64,000 bases of DNA from a virus (IMGVR_UViG_3300027996_003878); one strand, 5' to 3'. Numbered from the stretch's first letter, positions 15,191-25,148 are shown. Program-made: numbers and translations. The notes: generated from the sequence alone by a model not told the origin.

Positions 15191-18100
15191 TCAACCGCAT
15201 CCAGAAAAGCCACAATCTAAACATCGAAGGCAGCCATCTTCACGGGCCATCTGGTGCGAGCCACACGAGGGGCAGACATCCGCCTTCTTCTGGCTCTTTT
15301 TTCTTACATGCTTTTTTAACAGTCTAGCTAGGACATTATTTATATCAACGATATTACCGTCTTTAGACAACTGCTCAATTAAATATTCAATAGGCACCCC
15401 ATGACGTAACGATGTAGATATCATTCTCGTAGTCCATGAAAGCTCTTCATTGTCAGCTGACTCAATAATATTTTCTACAAGCACATTATTGGTAACATCT
15501 AATAGATCGTAATGGCCCCGCTTTGCTCTGACCACTTTGCCCTCTGTATATTTTGAAGGTATTTTCCAATTATCATGAAGCCCCATAAAGATCTCATAAA
15601 GCTCATTGTAAAGCATTCCAACAAGAACAACCCACTTAACACCCTTCACCGTGGCGCGATGAATTGCGCACATTAACTCTTTCGGCCTTTTAGGTGATTC
15701 GGACGGGATAATTGCTGTAGGACGGCCATCCTTACTTTTATCTTTATTCTGACTCTTATAAGTCTCATCACTTACAAGAACACCCGTTCTACAGCCATCT
15801 CTGTATACTGTAACCCCCTTACAGCCAGACTCATAACCAGTCATATACACATCGCTAACAACTTCTTTTGTTGTATTGTTAGGTAGGTTAGTTGTATTAC
15901 TTATAGCGTGACTTACCCATCTTTGAGCGGCAGCCTGGCCTTTTACCTTGCTCACCCAATTAATATCATTTGAGGTCGCTTTAAAGTAAGGTGAATCTTC
16001 AATTTCGGTTTTTCCAGTAATTTCCATCCATTGTTTAAATCTATGATGATACACCGTGTATTCCTTCCATTTATCCCCCATAGAATCAACAAAATCAACT
16101 GAGGCGTCAATATCACTAGGATTAATTTTTTTACGTCTTGTATATTTTACTAGGAATGCCGGCTCGATGCCTGATGTTGTTTGAGTCAAAATAGATACAG
16201 ACCCACATGGCGCTGTTGTTGTTAATGCGATATTTCTACGGCCATACTTTTTAGCTAAGCTTCTTATCTCTGGATCTGCATTCCAAATTCTTTTGAGGTA
16301 ATTACAATCAGATTTATCTTCTAATTTGTAATCAAATATTTCAAATGGGCCTCGCTCTTTGGCCAAAATACAGCTGGACTTGTGCGCAGCCAAAGCCATT
16401 GTTTTATATATTTTTTCAATAACTTTTATTGATTTATCAGATCCATAAGTATGACCTAATGCTGCCACCGCATCTCCAATAGCGGTAACGCCTAAGCCGG
16501 TTCTTCGGCCAGCAGAGCAAACTCTTAGAAATTCATTCCAAAGCTTTAATTCAATTTCTTTTACTTCATTCGGTTCAGGATCCAGGGTGATTTTTTCAAT
16601 GATCTTTTCAATGATTTCTATCTCTAAATCAACAAGATCATCCATCAATCGCTGAGCCTTCATTGCATGCTCATAAAACAGATCAAAATCAAATGATGAT
16701 TTATTTTCGAATGGCTTTTTTACATATGATAAAACGTTTAATAATAACAAGCGACAACTATCTGTACCCATCGGGATCTCGCCGCATCTGCGAGTTGTAA
16801 CTGTATTTACAATAATAGATCTGGTTCTAGATTCTTTAATACAATAAACAGTATCTGGGGCAATGCTTTTTCTGGATACTAGTTTGAGAAAAGTTTTTTT
16901 TGTGTAATTCCTTTTAACATTAGAGAGAAGTTGTTTTAACTTTTGATCTTTTTGTGGGTGATTGAATTTAATTAGCTTTCCGAAAGCCTTCCACCCACCA
17001 CAAGTAGTTATAAGTTCATATTGATCTTTTACTTTATAATTAATATTTTTTATATTAGCAGTATGACTCTTTCGTCTTAAATAAATTGAAGATGAAATGC
17101 CATTAGCATGCAGTAGTAGCTGAACATCTCTCAAAAGCCCCCTGTTTGACTGAGCAAGCCTAATAGAGGCATTAGAACGAGATCCCGACTGCACACTGCC
17201 GTCAGCGTAATAAAGTCCAGAAAGATAAAACAATCCCTCTTTTTTTCTAGCATTATTTAATACAAATTCTGGAACGGATAACTTTGTTTCTTTAGAAAAA
17301 TTATACTTTTGCTCAAGAAGATGTTTCAAAAAAGTAGAGCTTATTCTTGTCTTATTACGCCTTTCATCTGTAGAGATATAACAAGAAGATAACTTGCGCT
17401 TATTCCATCCATTCGTCAATTGAACTGAGTTATTTTTAAACAAATTATTGGCAATATCATTTATCAAATGAGTCATTTCATAGCGATGATCGCCCCATAA
17501 GTCTATATGAACTTTATTATCAGAAAATGTCCCATCACCAGCAATAAGGCCCATTAAAAATGAACACATTTCATCATTCGTCATATCTGAACTCAAGCCA
17601 TCTAAAATATCATGCTTTGGAGGTGTGGGCACAGATATTAGAATTTCATGACTTGGTGATAAATCTTTAGCTTCTACCATTCCATCAGTCGTTGCTATAT
17701 GATGATCTGGAGTACACTTTAGATTTTGACCATTACTAAGCTCTAATTCCAACAGCTCAGCAGATTTCTGAGTTATAAACGCACCACCCTCATACTCGCT
17801 ACAAGTCGTTCCTTTTTGATTAAAATCCATCTTCCAATTTGTAGGATCTTCATTTTTAGGATCACCAACATACGAAATACGATTGTCTACAAGAGGAATG
17901 CCTTGACCTTTAATCTGAGAATCTTTAAATTTAACATAACCTGATTCGTCCAAAAATCTCTCATCTCCATGGAAGCAAGGATTAGTTGCACGCTCAGCAA
18001 ATGCAGGATCTTTGTGACGATAAAGATGAGGTATCGAGTTGTTTTTTATATTATCTTCAAATAGAAGGCCAGGCTCCGCCATACCATGCGCTGCATCTAC

Positions 18101-18886
18101 GATCTTACTCCAAAGCTCTTTTGCACTCACCCAACGCTCGACTTGGGGAGATTTTTTATCATCTATAGGCCATCTTAACTGAACATCGTTTTCACTTTTA
18201 ACGGCATTCATAAATTCATCAGATAAAAGAATAGAGATGTTGGCTCCAGTTACTTTTTTCAAATCCTTCTTTATATCAATAAATTTTTCAATTTCAGGGT
18301 GATGACAGCTAATCACTAAAATTAGTGCCCCGCGTCTGCCTCCTTGAGCAACCTCTCGACAGGTATTGGAAAATCTTTCCATAAAAATTCCAATACCATC
18401 AGTTGTTCGAGCTGCATTGTTTGTAGGCACTCCCTTGGGTCGAATATTCGATATATTAACCCCCACGCCAGCACGACGCTTCATAAGTTGGGCTAACTCC
18501 TGATCTGTTTTCAGGATGCCGCCATAAGAATCATAAGTAGACTCTATAACAAAACAATTTCCACTCGATTGCAGCTGAAAGGGATTGCCGACCGAACTCA
18601 TCGGACTCCCTTGCGGCACAATATATCTAAAATTTTCAAGTAAAGAAAATATCTCATCTTCACTCATAGGGTTTTCGTATTTACCCTCTACACGCGCAAA
18701 CTCTTTAGCCAAACGTTTGTGCATATCAAAAGGAGTCAACTCATGATATGATCCTTGATTATCACGAAGAGCATATTTATCAACAAAAACTTTTGCAGCA
18801 AGCTCATCTCCTTTAAAATAATCTAAAGATGCCTCGTACACTTCATTATAAGAAAAACTTTTAACCATTTTTTTATTACTTTTCAA
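15191..18886 (-). CDS. nrdJ: Class II (adenosylcobalamin-dependent) ribonucleotide reductase with an intein
   Basis: PQGSPM, SGNCF, RRGA, ATNP|CGEI split by an insert, TTAPCGSVSILTQTTSGIEP, ISNTTNLP, GCKGVTVYRDG, TSCPD-like domain and C-terminal CPSC..GCLRCLDCGFSGC. Confidence 0.95.
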   Translation of the reverse strand: MKSNKKMVKSFSYNEVYEASLDYFKGDELAAKVFVDKYALRDNQGSYHELTPFDMHKRLAKEFARVEGKYENPMSEDEIFSLLENFRYIVPQGSPMSSVGNPFQLQSSGNCFVIESTYDSYGGILKTDQELAQLMKRRAGVGVNISNIRPKGVPTNNAARTTDGIGIFMERFSNTCREVAQGGRRGALILVISCHHPEIEKFIDIKKDLKKVTGANISILLSDEFMNAVKSENDVQLRWPIDDKKSPQVERWVSAKELWSKIVDAAHGMAEPGLLFEDNIKNNSIPHLYRHKDPAFAERATNPCFHGDERFLDESGYVKFKDSQIKGQGIPLVDNRISYVGDPKNEDPTNWKMDFNQKGTTCSEYEGGAFITQKSAELLELELSNGQNLKCTPDHHIATTDGMVEAKDLSPSHEILISVPTPPKHDILDGLSSDMTNDEMCSFLMGLIAGDGTFSDNKVHIDLWGDHRYEMTHLINDIANNLFKNNSVQLTNGWNKRKLSSCYISTDERRNKTRISSTFLKHLLEQKYNFSKETKLSVPEFVLNNARKKEGLFYLSGLYYADGSVQSGSRSNASIRLAQSNRGLLRDVQLLLHANGISSSIYLRRKSHTANIKNINYKVKDQYELITTCGGWKAFGKLIKFNHPQKDQKLKQLLSNVKRNYTKKTFLKLVSRKSIAPDTVYCIKESRTRSIIVNTVTTRRCGEIPMGTDSCRLLLLNVLSYVKKPFENKSSFDFDLFYEHAMKAQRLMDDLVDLEIEIIEKIIEKITLDPEPNEVKEIELKLWNEFLRVCSAGRRTGLGVTAIGDAVAALGHTYGSDKSIKVIEKIYKTMALAAHKSSCILAKERGPFEIFDYKLEDKSDCNYLKRIWNADPEIRSLAKKYGRRNIALTTTAPCGSVSILTQTTSGIEPAFLVKYTRRKKINPSDIDASVDFVDSMGDKWKEYTVYHHRFKQWMEITGKTEIEDSPYFKATSNDINWVSKVKGQAAAQRWVSHAISNTTNLPNNTTKEVVSDVYMTGYESGCKGVTVYRDGCRTGVLVSDETYKSQNKDKSKDGRPTAIIPSESPKRPKELMCAIHRATVKGVKWVVLVGMLYNELYEIFMGLHDNWKIPSKYTEGKVVRAKRGHYDLLDVTNNVLVENIIESADNEELSWTTRMISTSLRHGVPIEYLIEQLSKDGNIVDINNVLARLLKKHVRKKSQKKADVCPSCGSHQMAREDGCLRCLDCGFSGCG
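16787..17977 (-). mobile_element. 397-aa intein with a LAGLIDADG homing endonuclease, inserted in the NP|C active-site motif, with an atypical C-terminus (TTRR|C)
   Basis: Block A CFHGDERFL, block B LKCTPDHHI, LAGLIDADG-like MGLIAGDG and SGLYYADG, block F DTVYCIKE..SIIVN. Excision restores ATNP-CGEI. Confidence 0.92.
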
Positions 18887-19559
18887 AAGAACTATCCAAA
18901 GATAATATATACTCTTTTATTACTTCCTTAGACTCTTGAATTAACTTTACATACTGAGATCTTGAAATACTCAAGGCCGTGAGAACAAAACTTATAGTAT
19001 TTGGCTTATGCCCATTAAAGCCATACGTCATATTTACTACTTTTTGATTTTTTTCAGGCAACGTATCAATTGCTTTTGATATTATTTCCGCCATTTGTTC
19101 TGACTCTACCCTTTCCAAAGCAGATAGAGAAGTTTCAATTATTGTCGGAATAACGTTTGTTTTGTAGGGCCTTACCTCTTTAGCCACTTTTAATGGGTAA
19201 CGAATTGTTGAATGACAATTCGCAGATCTCGACACCCTAGTACTTATATATTTATCAGCCCACCATCCAAAAATACCTTTTTCAGGATCGTAGGTTCTCA
19301 AAGCAAGAAGAAGGGCTTCCATACCATCCTGCTCTAAGTCTTCATGGTTCGAGAACTTTTTATATTTATTTGTCCTCACAGATACCAAATGCTTCAATTT
19401 TATAATACAATCATTTTGTATTGTCTTAATTTCTAGTATTTCATCAGGACACGTTGACTCTTTCAATCTTTCCGTAGCTTGAAGGTAGTCTGCGGCTATA
19501 TCACTTACCTCTTGATTTCTCGCCTCACGGCTTTTTTTTGTAGATTTCTTGCCCATCAT
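18876..19559 (-). CDS. Sigma-70 family RNA polymerase sigma factor
   Basis: Region 2 HEDLEQDGMEALLLALRTYDPEKGIFGWWADKYI and region 4 AIDTLPEKNQKVVNMTYG..LSISRSQYVKL. Confidence 0.88.
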   Translation of the reverse strand: MMGKKSTKKSREARNQEVSDIAADYLQATERLKESTCPDEILEIKTIQNDCIIKLKHLVSVRTNKYKKFSNHEDLEQDGMEALLLALRTYDPEKGIFGWWADKYISTRVSRSANCHSTIRYPLKVAKEVRPYKTNVIPTIIETSLSALERVESEQMAEIISKAIDTLPEKNQKVVNMTYGFNGHKPNTISFVLTALSISRSQYVKLIQESKEVIKEYILSLDSSFEK

Positions 19560-19573
19560 GGCCTTTGCACTTG

Positions 19574-19738
19574 TTAATCTATAATATCATTATCACCAAG
19601 ATCTAATGAGTTGCCCTCTAATTCATCGATAAAAGACTCAATAGTAAATTTTATAATTTCAATATTATCGATCTCAAGTAATACCTTTAATATTTTTATA
19701 AATCTCTCTTTGGAGACTTTTTTATATTTTTTTCCCAT
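19574..19738 (-). CDS. Small hypothetical protein absent from the ORF track (54 aa)
   Basis: Manual translation gives MGKKYKKVSKERFIKILKVLLEIDNIEIIKFTIESFIDELEGNSLDLGDNDIID*. It fills the gap between two co-directional genes. Confidence 0.6.
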   Translation of the reverse strand: MGKKYKKVSKERFIKILKVLLEIDNIEIIKFTIESFIDELEGNSLDLGDNDIID

Positions 19739-19745
19739 AAATCAC

Positions 19746-20066
19746 TTAAATATTCTTTAAGTCATCCGCAAGCTTCTTCTGCTCTATTTTATTATTATGA
19801 TACTTATCCTCACCAACAAAATTAGCCGCAAGATTCTCATCCCTTGCAGCAGCGCGCTTAAACTTCTTAGCATCCGTTTTTGCCTTCGCTATTGTTTCAT
19901 GATGACCTAACGTCACAATATGCCTGCCAGAACCGCCAGATACGAGTCGCTTTACTGTTCCAGAGGCATTGCATTTTGGACAAACGGTAGGAGGACTCGC
20001 CTTTATACTATAAAAGGCGTCCCATTCATGATCACAATTAGTACATATATGTTCGTAAGTAGGCAT
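19746..20066 (-). CDS. FmdB-family zinc-ribbon protein
   Basis: MPTYEHICTNCDHEWD...CPKC..VKRLVS. Confidence 0.85.
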   Translation of the reverse strand: MPTYEHICTNCDHEWDAFYSIKASPPTVCPKCNASGTVKRLVSGGSGRHIVTLGHHETIAKAKTDAKKFKRAAARDENLAANFVGEDKYHNNKIEQKKLADDLKNI

Positions 20067-20072
20067 AATTTA

Positions 20073-20258
20073 TCACTTTTTTAAAACTAAACGCTTTTCA
20101 ATTATTCGCAGCTCAATATCTTCAGTCCAATCATTTTTGATTCTTTTTTTAAATCTTTCATTTACAATTCTAAAAACTAAAAAAACATCATCCTGATCAA
20201 GAGAATGCTCGACGCGAACTGCTACAGCGACGGTATCATCTTGATAATTTTTACTCAT
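20073..20258 (-). CDS. Hypothetical protein
   Basis: 61-aa ORF in an operon-like array. Confidence 0.6.
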   Translation of the reverse strand: MSKNYQDDTVAVAVRVEHSLDQDDVFLVFRIVNERFKKRIKNDWTEDIELRIIEKRLVLKK

Positions 20259-20277
20259 TTCAGCACTCTCGACTCAT

Positions 20278-21729
20278 TTAACTCTCATGCCAACCTATTT
20301 TTTTCAAATAATCAGAAATGTCTATTGCACCATTGTCACCAGCCGGGCCATTTTCAAAGTTTTCAGGCCGGTACGGCTCTTCCATTTCTGATATGGAGGC
20401 ATTTTTAAAATTCTTTTTTAATACATGCCGCCCCAATTCTCCGTCTCGATTTTTAATAATATGATAAGTCAAATCTGAATATCTATACTCGTTCTTTCGA
20501 GTTTCTATTTGAATGCCTATATTTGCATGGTGCATTATCAATGAGGAGCGGCCAATTCTGTGTAGGCCAATCAAATCCGATGAGTCTTTTTTGCCCTTGT
20601 TTTGAGGTCGATTCAATTGAACTGCTGTCAATGTAGCTATGTTGTGAACCCTTCCAAACTCATGCACCTTGCCTGCGATATAACCTAACTTAAGCCAATC
20701 GTCTCCAGAGAACTCACGATCTTCTAAAAGGCCTAAATAATCAACAACTACAAAGTCAGGCTGAAAGCTATCACAAGCCTCCTGATACCTACGCTCAATC
20801 TCCTCTACAGAAGCGCCTCGGGGCACATCAATAATCTGAAACTCATAGGGATATCTATCAATAAATCTTACAGCCTGAGAAAGAGAGTCTGCCTGAAGCT
20901 GATTCAACTTACAATCTCTTAGTCCGTAAATTGGAACATCCGCCAGTCTAGACATCGTTCTTCTTGCGCAGGCCTCATACGGCATTTCTAATGAAAAGTA
21001 TAAACAATTATATCCCTTTCCAAAATTTTCCGAATCAGTATATATTGTGTTCTGCTGCATCCACATTTGAATTGCCATGTTATTGAGAAACATACTTTTA
21101 CCGCCCCCGGTTTCAGCGGCTACTATAACCATTTCTCCAGGGCAAATTCCATTTTTTATATAGTCTAAAAAAGAATAGCCGGTCAGGATTCCTCTGCCCT
21201 TTTCCTCCTCACTTGCTTTTTGAAAATATTCAAGTTTAAACCGAGGCATATAAGCCTTCAAGGTCTCTTGCTTGAATACCTTCTTCTTCCCTTTCCTAAT
21301 CTCTTTTAAGTTGACAATTTCTGACTGTAAACTTTTAATAATTTTATCGTGATTTAAAGAAGCATCACTAAGATTTGTATTAGATAAAGAATTTCTTAGA
21401 TTGTTTATTACTCTATTGCTATATTTGTTCTTTAACTGATCTAAGTAAAATCCAAAATCAGAATCACTATAATCAACAGAATCTAAAACACTCCAGACAT
21501 TCAAAAAGTTATCAACTATATCTTGTCGCTCTTTAAATCTTGATTCTAGAACCTTGCGAGAGGGAACTTCCTTATAAGCTTTTGCAAAGCTTAATATTGA
21601 CTTTGCGAACAAATAATATTCTTTAGAGAACAAGTTCTCATTGTAAGCGTCTAAGAAGTCAAGCGCGCGACGTTTATTTGTGGTAAGCGCTTTTAAAACT
21701 TGTAACTCACATTGGTCTGACTCAAGCAA
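20278..21729 (-). CDS. dnaB: Replicative DNA helicase (DnaB family)
   Basis: Walker A IVAAETGGGKS, YFSLEMP, VVVDYLGLL, AVQLNR, IIKNRDGE. Confidence 0.93.
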   Translation of the reverse strand: MLESDQCELQVLKALTTNKRRALDFLDAYNENLFSKEYYLFAKSILSFAKAYKEVPSRKVLESRFKERQDIVDNFLNVWSVLDSVDYSDSDFGFYLDQLKNKYSNRVINNLRNSLSNTNLSDASLNHDKIIKSLQSEIVNLKEIRKGKKKVFKQETLKAYMPRFKLEYFQKASEEEKGRGILTGYSFLDYIKNGICPGEMVIVAAETGGGKSMFLNNMAIQMWMQQNTIYTDSENFGKGYNCLYFSLEMPYEACARRTMSRLADVPIYGLRDCKLNQLQADSLSQAVRFIDRYPYEFQIIDVPRGASVEEIERRYQEACDSFQPDFVVVDYLGLLEDREFSGDDWLKLGYIAGKVHEFGRVHNIATLTAVQLNRPQNKGKKDSSDLIGLHRIGRSSLIMHHANIGIQIETRKNEYRYSDLTYHIIKNRDGELGRHVLKKNFKNASISEMEEPYRPENFENGPAGDNGAIDISDYLKKIGWHES

Positions 21730-21730
21730 C

Positions 21731-22486
21731 TTAACGACCCTCTTTTCTAAAGTCTTTTCCTAGCACTGGAATCATACTTACGTAATTCATCAAGCTAGAT
21801 AAGCTTAGCCCTATAGAGCCCTCAAAAGAGCCGGCTATATTTGGAGAATTTGTACACATAAAGATCGGTAATTTATTTTGAGCCCTACACCTAAAAACGT
21901 CTTCCATGATTCTACCAAAAAGATCAGACGACGAAGCTGTCGGCATAAAGCGCGGATCAAACTCATCTATTACTAGAAAATCAACCATTAATAACTCATT
22001 ACGAGCAGACATTTTATTCGAAGAATCATTGTAAATAAGATGGTTAACAATATCATTTACAGTTACATAAAGTGAAGAGAAGCCCCTCTCAACAGCTCTC
22101 TTTAAAATATTCGTGCAGGCAAATGTCTTACCAACCCCATGCGGCCCAGCAAAGCAAACGCAAACGCCGTCAGAATAAGCTTTATCGAAATCACTAGTAA
22201 CTTTATTATAATAATTTAATAAAGTTGGATCTCCTTTAAAATCACGGCTCATTTCTAGCTTCCAATATGACAATGGAATATTGCTTTGTGCATATCTGGA
22301 CAAAGCAGTATTAATTATCATGCACTTTTCACATGCCGAATCTAAAGATGCTGAATTTGATTTGCAGCTGTCACATTCCTTTAAAGTCGCAGACAGCTCA
22401 TGAATCACTTTTCTTTGCGGGATCGTTACGAGAACTCCACTTTGAAAAACTTGGGTAGCCATAATTTGCTTGATTTGGTGCGGCAT
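21731..22486 (-). CDS. DnaC/IstB-like AAA+ helicase loader with an N-terminal zinc-binding motif
   Basis: CDSC..CEKC, Walker A GPHGVGKT, Walker B LVIDE, CTN. Adjacent to dnaB. Start codon uncertain. Confidence 0.85.
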   Translation of the reverse strand: MPHQIKQIMATQVFQSGVLVTIPQRKVIHELSATLKECDSCKSNSASLDSACEKCMIINTALSRYAQSNIPLSYWKLEMSRDFKGDPTLLNYYNKVTSDFDKAYSDGVCVCFAGPHGVGKTFACTNILKRAVERGFSSLYVTVNDIVNHLIYNDSSNKMSARNELLMVDFLVIDEFDPRFMPTASSSDLFGRIMEDVFRCRAQNKLPIFMCTNSPNIAGSFEGSIGLSLSSLMNYVSMIPVLGKDFRKEGR

Positions 22487-22832
22487 GCATATGCCGCTTT
22501 AGATCGTTTATAATATTTTGTTTTCTAGACAATAAAAGATCTTCAAATTTATCTTTATTTTCACTCAATTCTTGAAAATCATTAATAGACTGCTTTTCTA
22601 CATATTCTCTTTCCTGCACTCTATCTTCATCTATAGGTTCAGAACAAACGCTAGCAATCGAAGAAAATACGTTTGTCATTATTATATTTTCATGACAATT
22701 ATTTATAATAAGAACATTGTCGCTATTCAAAGATTTTAATATTGATTTGCCATCAGACCATTCGACCACAATACCTTCAGCAGAAAGGCCGTTTTTCAAG
22801 AAAATTTTAACTTTTTTTCCAATCAATTTCAT
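22398..22832 (-). CDS. Hypothetical protein with a possible N-terminal Sm/Hfq-like fold
   Basis: IGKKVKIFLKNGLSAEGIVVEWSD resembles the Sm1 motif. Confidence 0.4.
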   Translation of the reverse strand: MKLIGKKVKIFLKNGLSAEGIVVEWSDGKSILKSLNSDNVLIINNCHENIIMTNVFSSIASVCSEPIDEDRVQEREYVEKQSINDFQELSENKDKFEDLLLSRKQNIINDLKRHMHAAPNQANYGYPSFSKWSSRNDPAKKSDS

Positions 22833-23092
22833 TAGAATCCAGACCTACACTTGTAACACAAATAAGTTCCATCTTTTTGATTTGGCTTAGTTATGTAAGA
22901 GTTAAAAAAATTGCATTTCACGCAATGCATGCCACCATTATATTTTTTTTCAACAACCTCATCATCTACATAATCTGAAAAGTCATCTATAAAATGGTAC
23001 TCTTCTCCAGACTCATCTACATACCCCGGATAAACACAGGGGTAACAAAAGCCAGGATCAGAGTCAGATGGAGGCGGGGCACTATCACTCAT
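22832..23092 (-). CDS. Small zinc-finger protein
   Basis: CVKC..CYKC pairs. Confidence 0.65.
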   Translation of the reverse strand: MSDSAPPPSDSDPGFCYPCVYPGYVDESGEEYHFIDDFSDYVDDEVVEKKYNGGMHCVKCNFFNSYITKPNQKDGTYLCYKCRSGF

Positions 23093-23094
23093 GA

Positions 23095-23679
23095 CTATAC
23101 AATTGTCTTTAAAACATCGTCCTCAAAGCCTATTGCATGCAATTGATCAAAGAGCTGCTTATACTGACCAAGAGCCGAAGGCCCAGAGTAACTCAATGCC
23201 TGCTTGGCAAACGCTAAGTCACCATAAGTTCTAACAGGCAATCCCAAATTAGATACAATTAGTTGATAGTCCGGCGGAAGCTCTGTCGCCTTTGATATTT
23301 TTTGCATCTCCGCTCGGTATGCAAAAAACTCATTAGCCAAACCATTTTGTAAAAAGAAAGATAATTTCCTAATTTTTATATTTTTTGGAATAAGCTTAAA
23401 ATCATACACCCAATCAATATATTCTTTAATTGTGCGTGGGTTTGAAGTATTTAACATCCAATAAATTCTTTTAACTAAAACAATTTCAGTACATTTAGAT
23501 GGCGGCCCTTGAAAGGAATAACAAAAATTACGGTTATAGGCCTCTTCAAATCTTTTAACAATATAAGCCAACATATGAACCTCCTTCCATTGAGAGGTTC
23601 TTAAAACTTCAATATCTTTAAACTTTAAAAAGAATTTTTGCCAAGGTTTAGATAAAGTCGTTGCCGTCATGTCTGTCAC
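23095..23679 (-). CDS. Hypothetical protein in the replication module
   Basis: 194 aa, between the SF2 helicase and the loader genes. Confidence 0.7.
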   Translation of the reverse strand: MTDMTATTLSKPWQKFFLKFKDIEVLRTSQWKEVHMLAYIVKRFEEAYNRNFCYSFQGPPSKCTEIVLVKRIYWMLNTSNPRTIKEYIDWVYDFKLIPKNIKIRKLSFFLQNGLANEFFAYRAEMQKISKATELPPDYQLIVSNLGLPVRTYGDLAFAKQALSYSGPSALGQYKQLFDQLHAIGFEDDVLKTIV

Positions 23680-23684
23680 CGCAC

Positions 23685-25148
23685 TTAAATTACAGTAAAG
23701 CCTTTCTCGCTAGAATATATTTTCTTTCGCTCTTTTGAGTGCTTACTTAAGTAATGAACATCATCATAAAAATCTATTACAGCTGCTCGTTTTTTGCCTT
23801 TCCAAGGGCGGATTACTCGACCTATTCTTTGTAGCGCACGAACTGAACTCTTCCCCGCACCTGCTAAAATTAACCCGGATAAAGCAGGCATATCCACACC
23901 AATATCAAATATCGTTGAGGCAATTATACAATTCACCTCACCACTTTCTAATCTTTCTTTTGCTTTATTTCTAGCATCAATGGAGTCTTTTCCGCTTAAT
24001 AAGATACAAGGAAGCTCTTCAGATATTTTTTTATACAATATTTTTCCATGTGCAATTTGTGTGTAAAGAACTAAAACTTTGTAATTTTTATCAACAAGAA
24101 TTTTAGCCCACTGAGATACCAATGAATTTCTAATATCATTTTCGACAACATATTTTTTATAAATATGAGGGTATTTTTTGGTAAGCTTTTCTTTGTACTT
24201 TGGAACTTTTACAAATTTAATCAGAGGGGGCACCAAGTATCCTTGATCAATAAGTGGGCTGGCCGATATATCAACGATTTTCGAACCAAAAATTGACTCT
24301 ATAAGCAAGTCACTTCCATCGTCGCGCCAAGGGCTTGCACTCATTCCATAAATATATTCTGGATTTATATTTTTATAAATCTCTTGAATAGTATTACAAG
24401 AGGACATGTGGCACTCATCAAAAATGTTCAACTTAACAGTTTTCATGAGCTTTCTTATGTCATTATACTTGCTATCACCTAAAGATTTTTCTTTGCCAAT
24501 CTTATCTGTTGTAATCTGAGACTTTAACCCTATGGCCTGTCCAATAGTCCAAACACTTACAATATTAATTTTTTTAATCTCGCAAAGTCCGTCTCCAATT
24601 ACCCCAACATCTTCATCAAAAACTTCATTAAAAAAATTGTGAAATTGATAAAGAAGATCTGTGCCAATGACATAAATAAAAGTCGGCTTCCCAAAGTAAG
24701 CCGTGATCATAGCGGCCATAAGTGATTTTCCGCTACCAGTGGCTGACCTTATAACTCCGCAATCCTTATCCTTCACAACGCTAAGCACATCGTTTTGATA
24801 AGGCCTTGGTTCTTTTTTAATTTTCAATAAATTATCATGTATATCAATTGAATTAATTGGCGTCTTCGGCGTTCTTCTGTCTTCAATGATTAAACTCTTA
24901 CCGGCGTCGCTGTAAAAGTCTCTAACTCTATCCAAAAGTCCATATGGAAAAGTCAACCGCTTGGTTAATATACGATGTATTCCATCCCACCTTACAAAAG
25001 AACCATTCTTATAATAACCTTTGTACGCTTTGGTGTATTTCGCCCCCTGTACGTGAAATGATAGCTCATCGTCCAAAGATCGAATAAAAGTTATATCAGG
25101 CTCTTCTTCTATAGCGCAGCCATCTTTATTTATAATTATTTTAGACAT
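23685..25148 (-). CDS. SF2 DEAD/DEAH-box helicase (UvsW/XPB-like)
   Basis: PRPYQ, SATGSGKS, DECH, SASP, IFDIGVDMP, QRIGRVIR. Confidence 0.92.
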   Translation of the reverse strand: MSKIIINKDGCAIEEEPDITFIRSLDDELSFHVQGAKYTKAYKGYYKNGSFVRWDGIHRILTKRLTFPYGLLDRVRDFYSDAGKSLIIEDRRTPKTPINSIDIHDNLLKIKKEPRPYQNDVLSVVKDKDCGVIRSATGSGKSLMAAMITAYFGKPTFIYVIGTDLLYQFHNFFNEVFDEDVGVIGDGLCEIKKINIVSVWTIGQAIGLKSQITTDKIGKEKSLGDSKYNDIRKLMKTVKLNIFDECHMSSCNTIQEIYKNINPEYIYGMSASPWRDDGSDLLIESIFGSKIVDISASPLIDQGYLVPPLIKFVKVPKYKEKLTKKYPHIYKKYVVENDIRNSLVSQWAKILVDKNYKVLVLYTQIAHGKILYKKISEELPCILLSGKDSIDARNKAKERLESGEVNCIIASTIFDIGVDMPALSGLILAGAGKSSVRALQRIGRVIRPWKGKKRAAVIDFYDDVHYLSKHSKERKKIYSSEKGFTVI

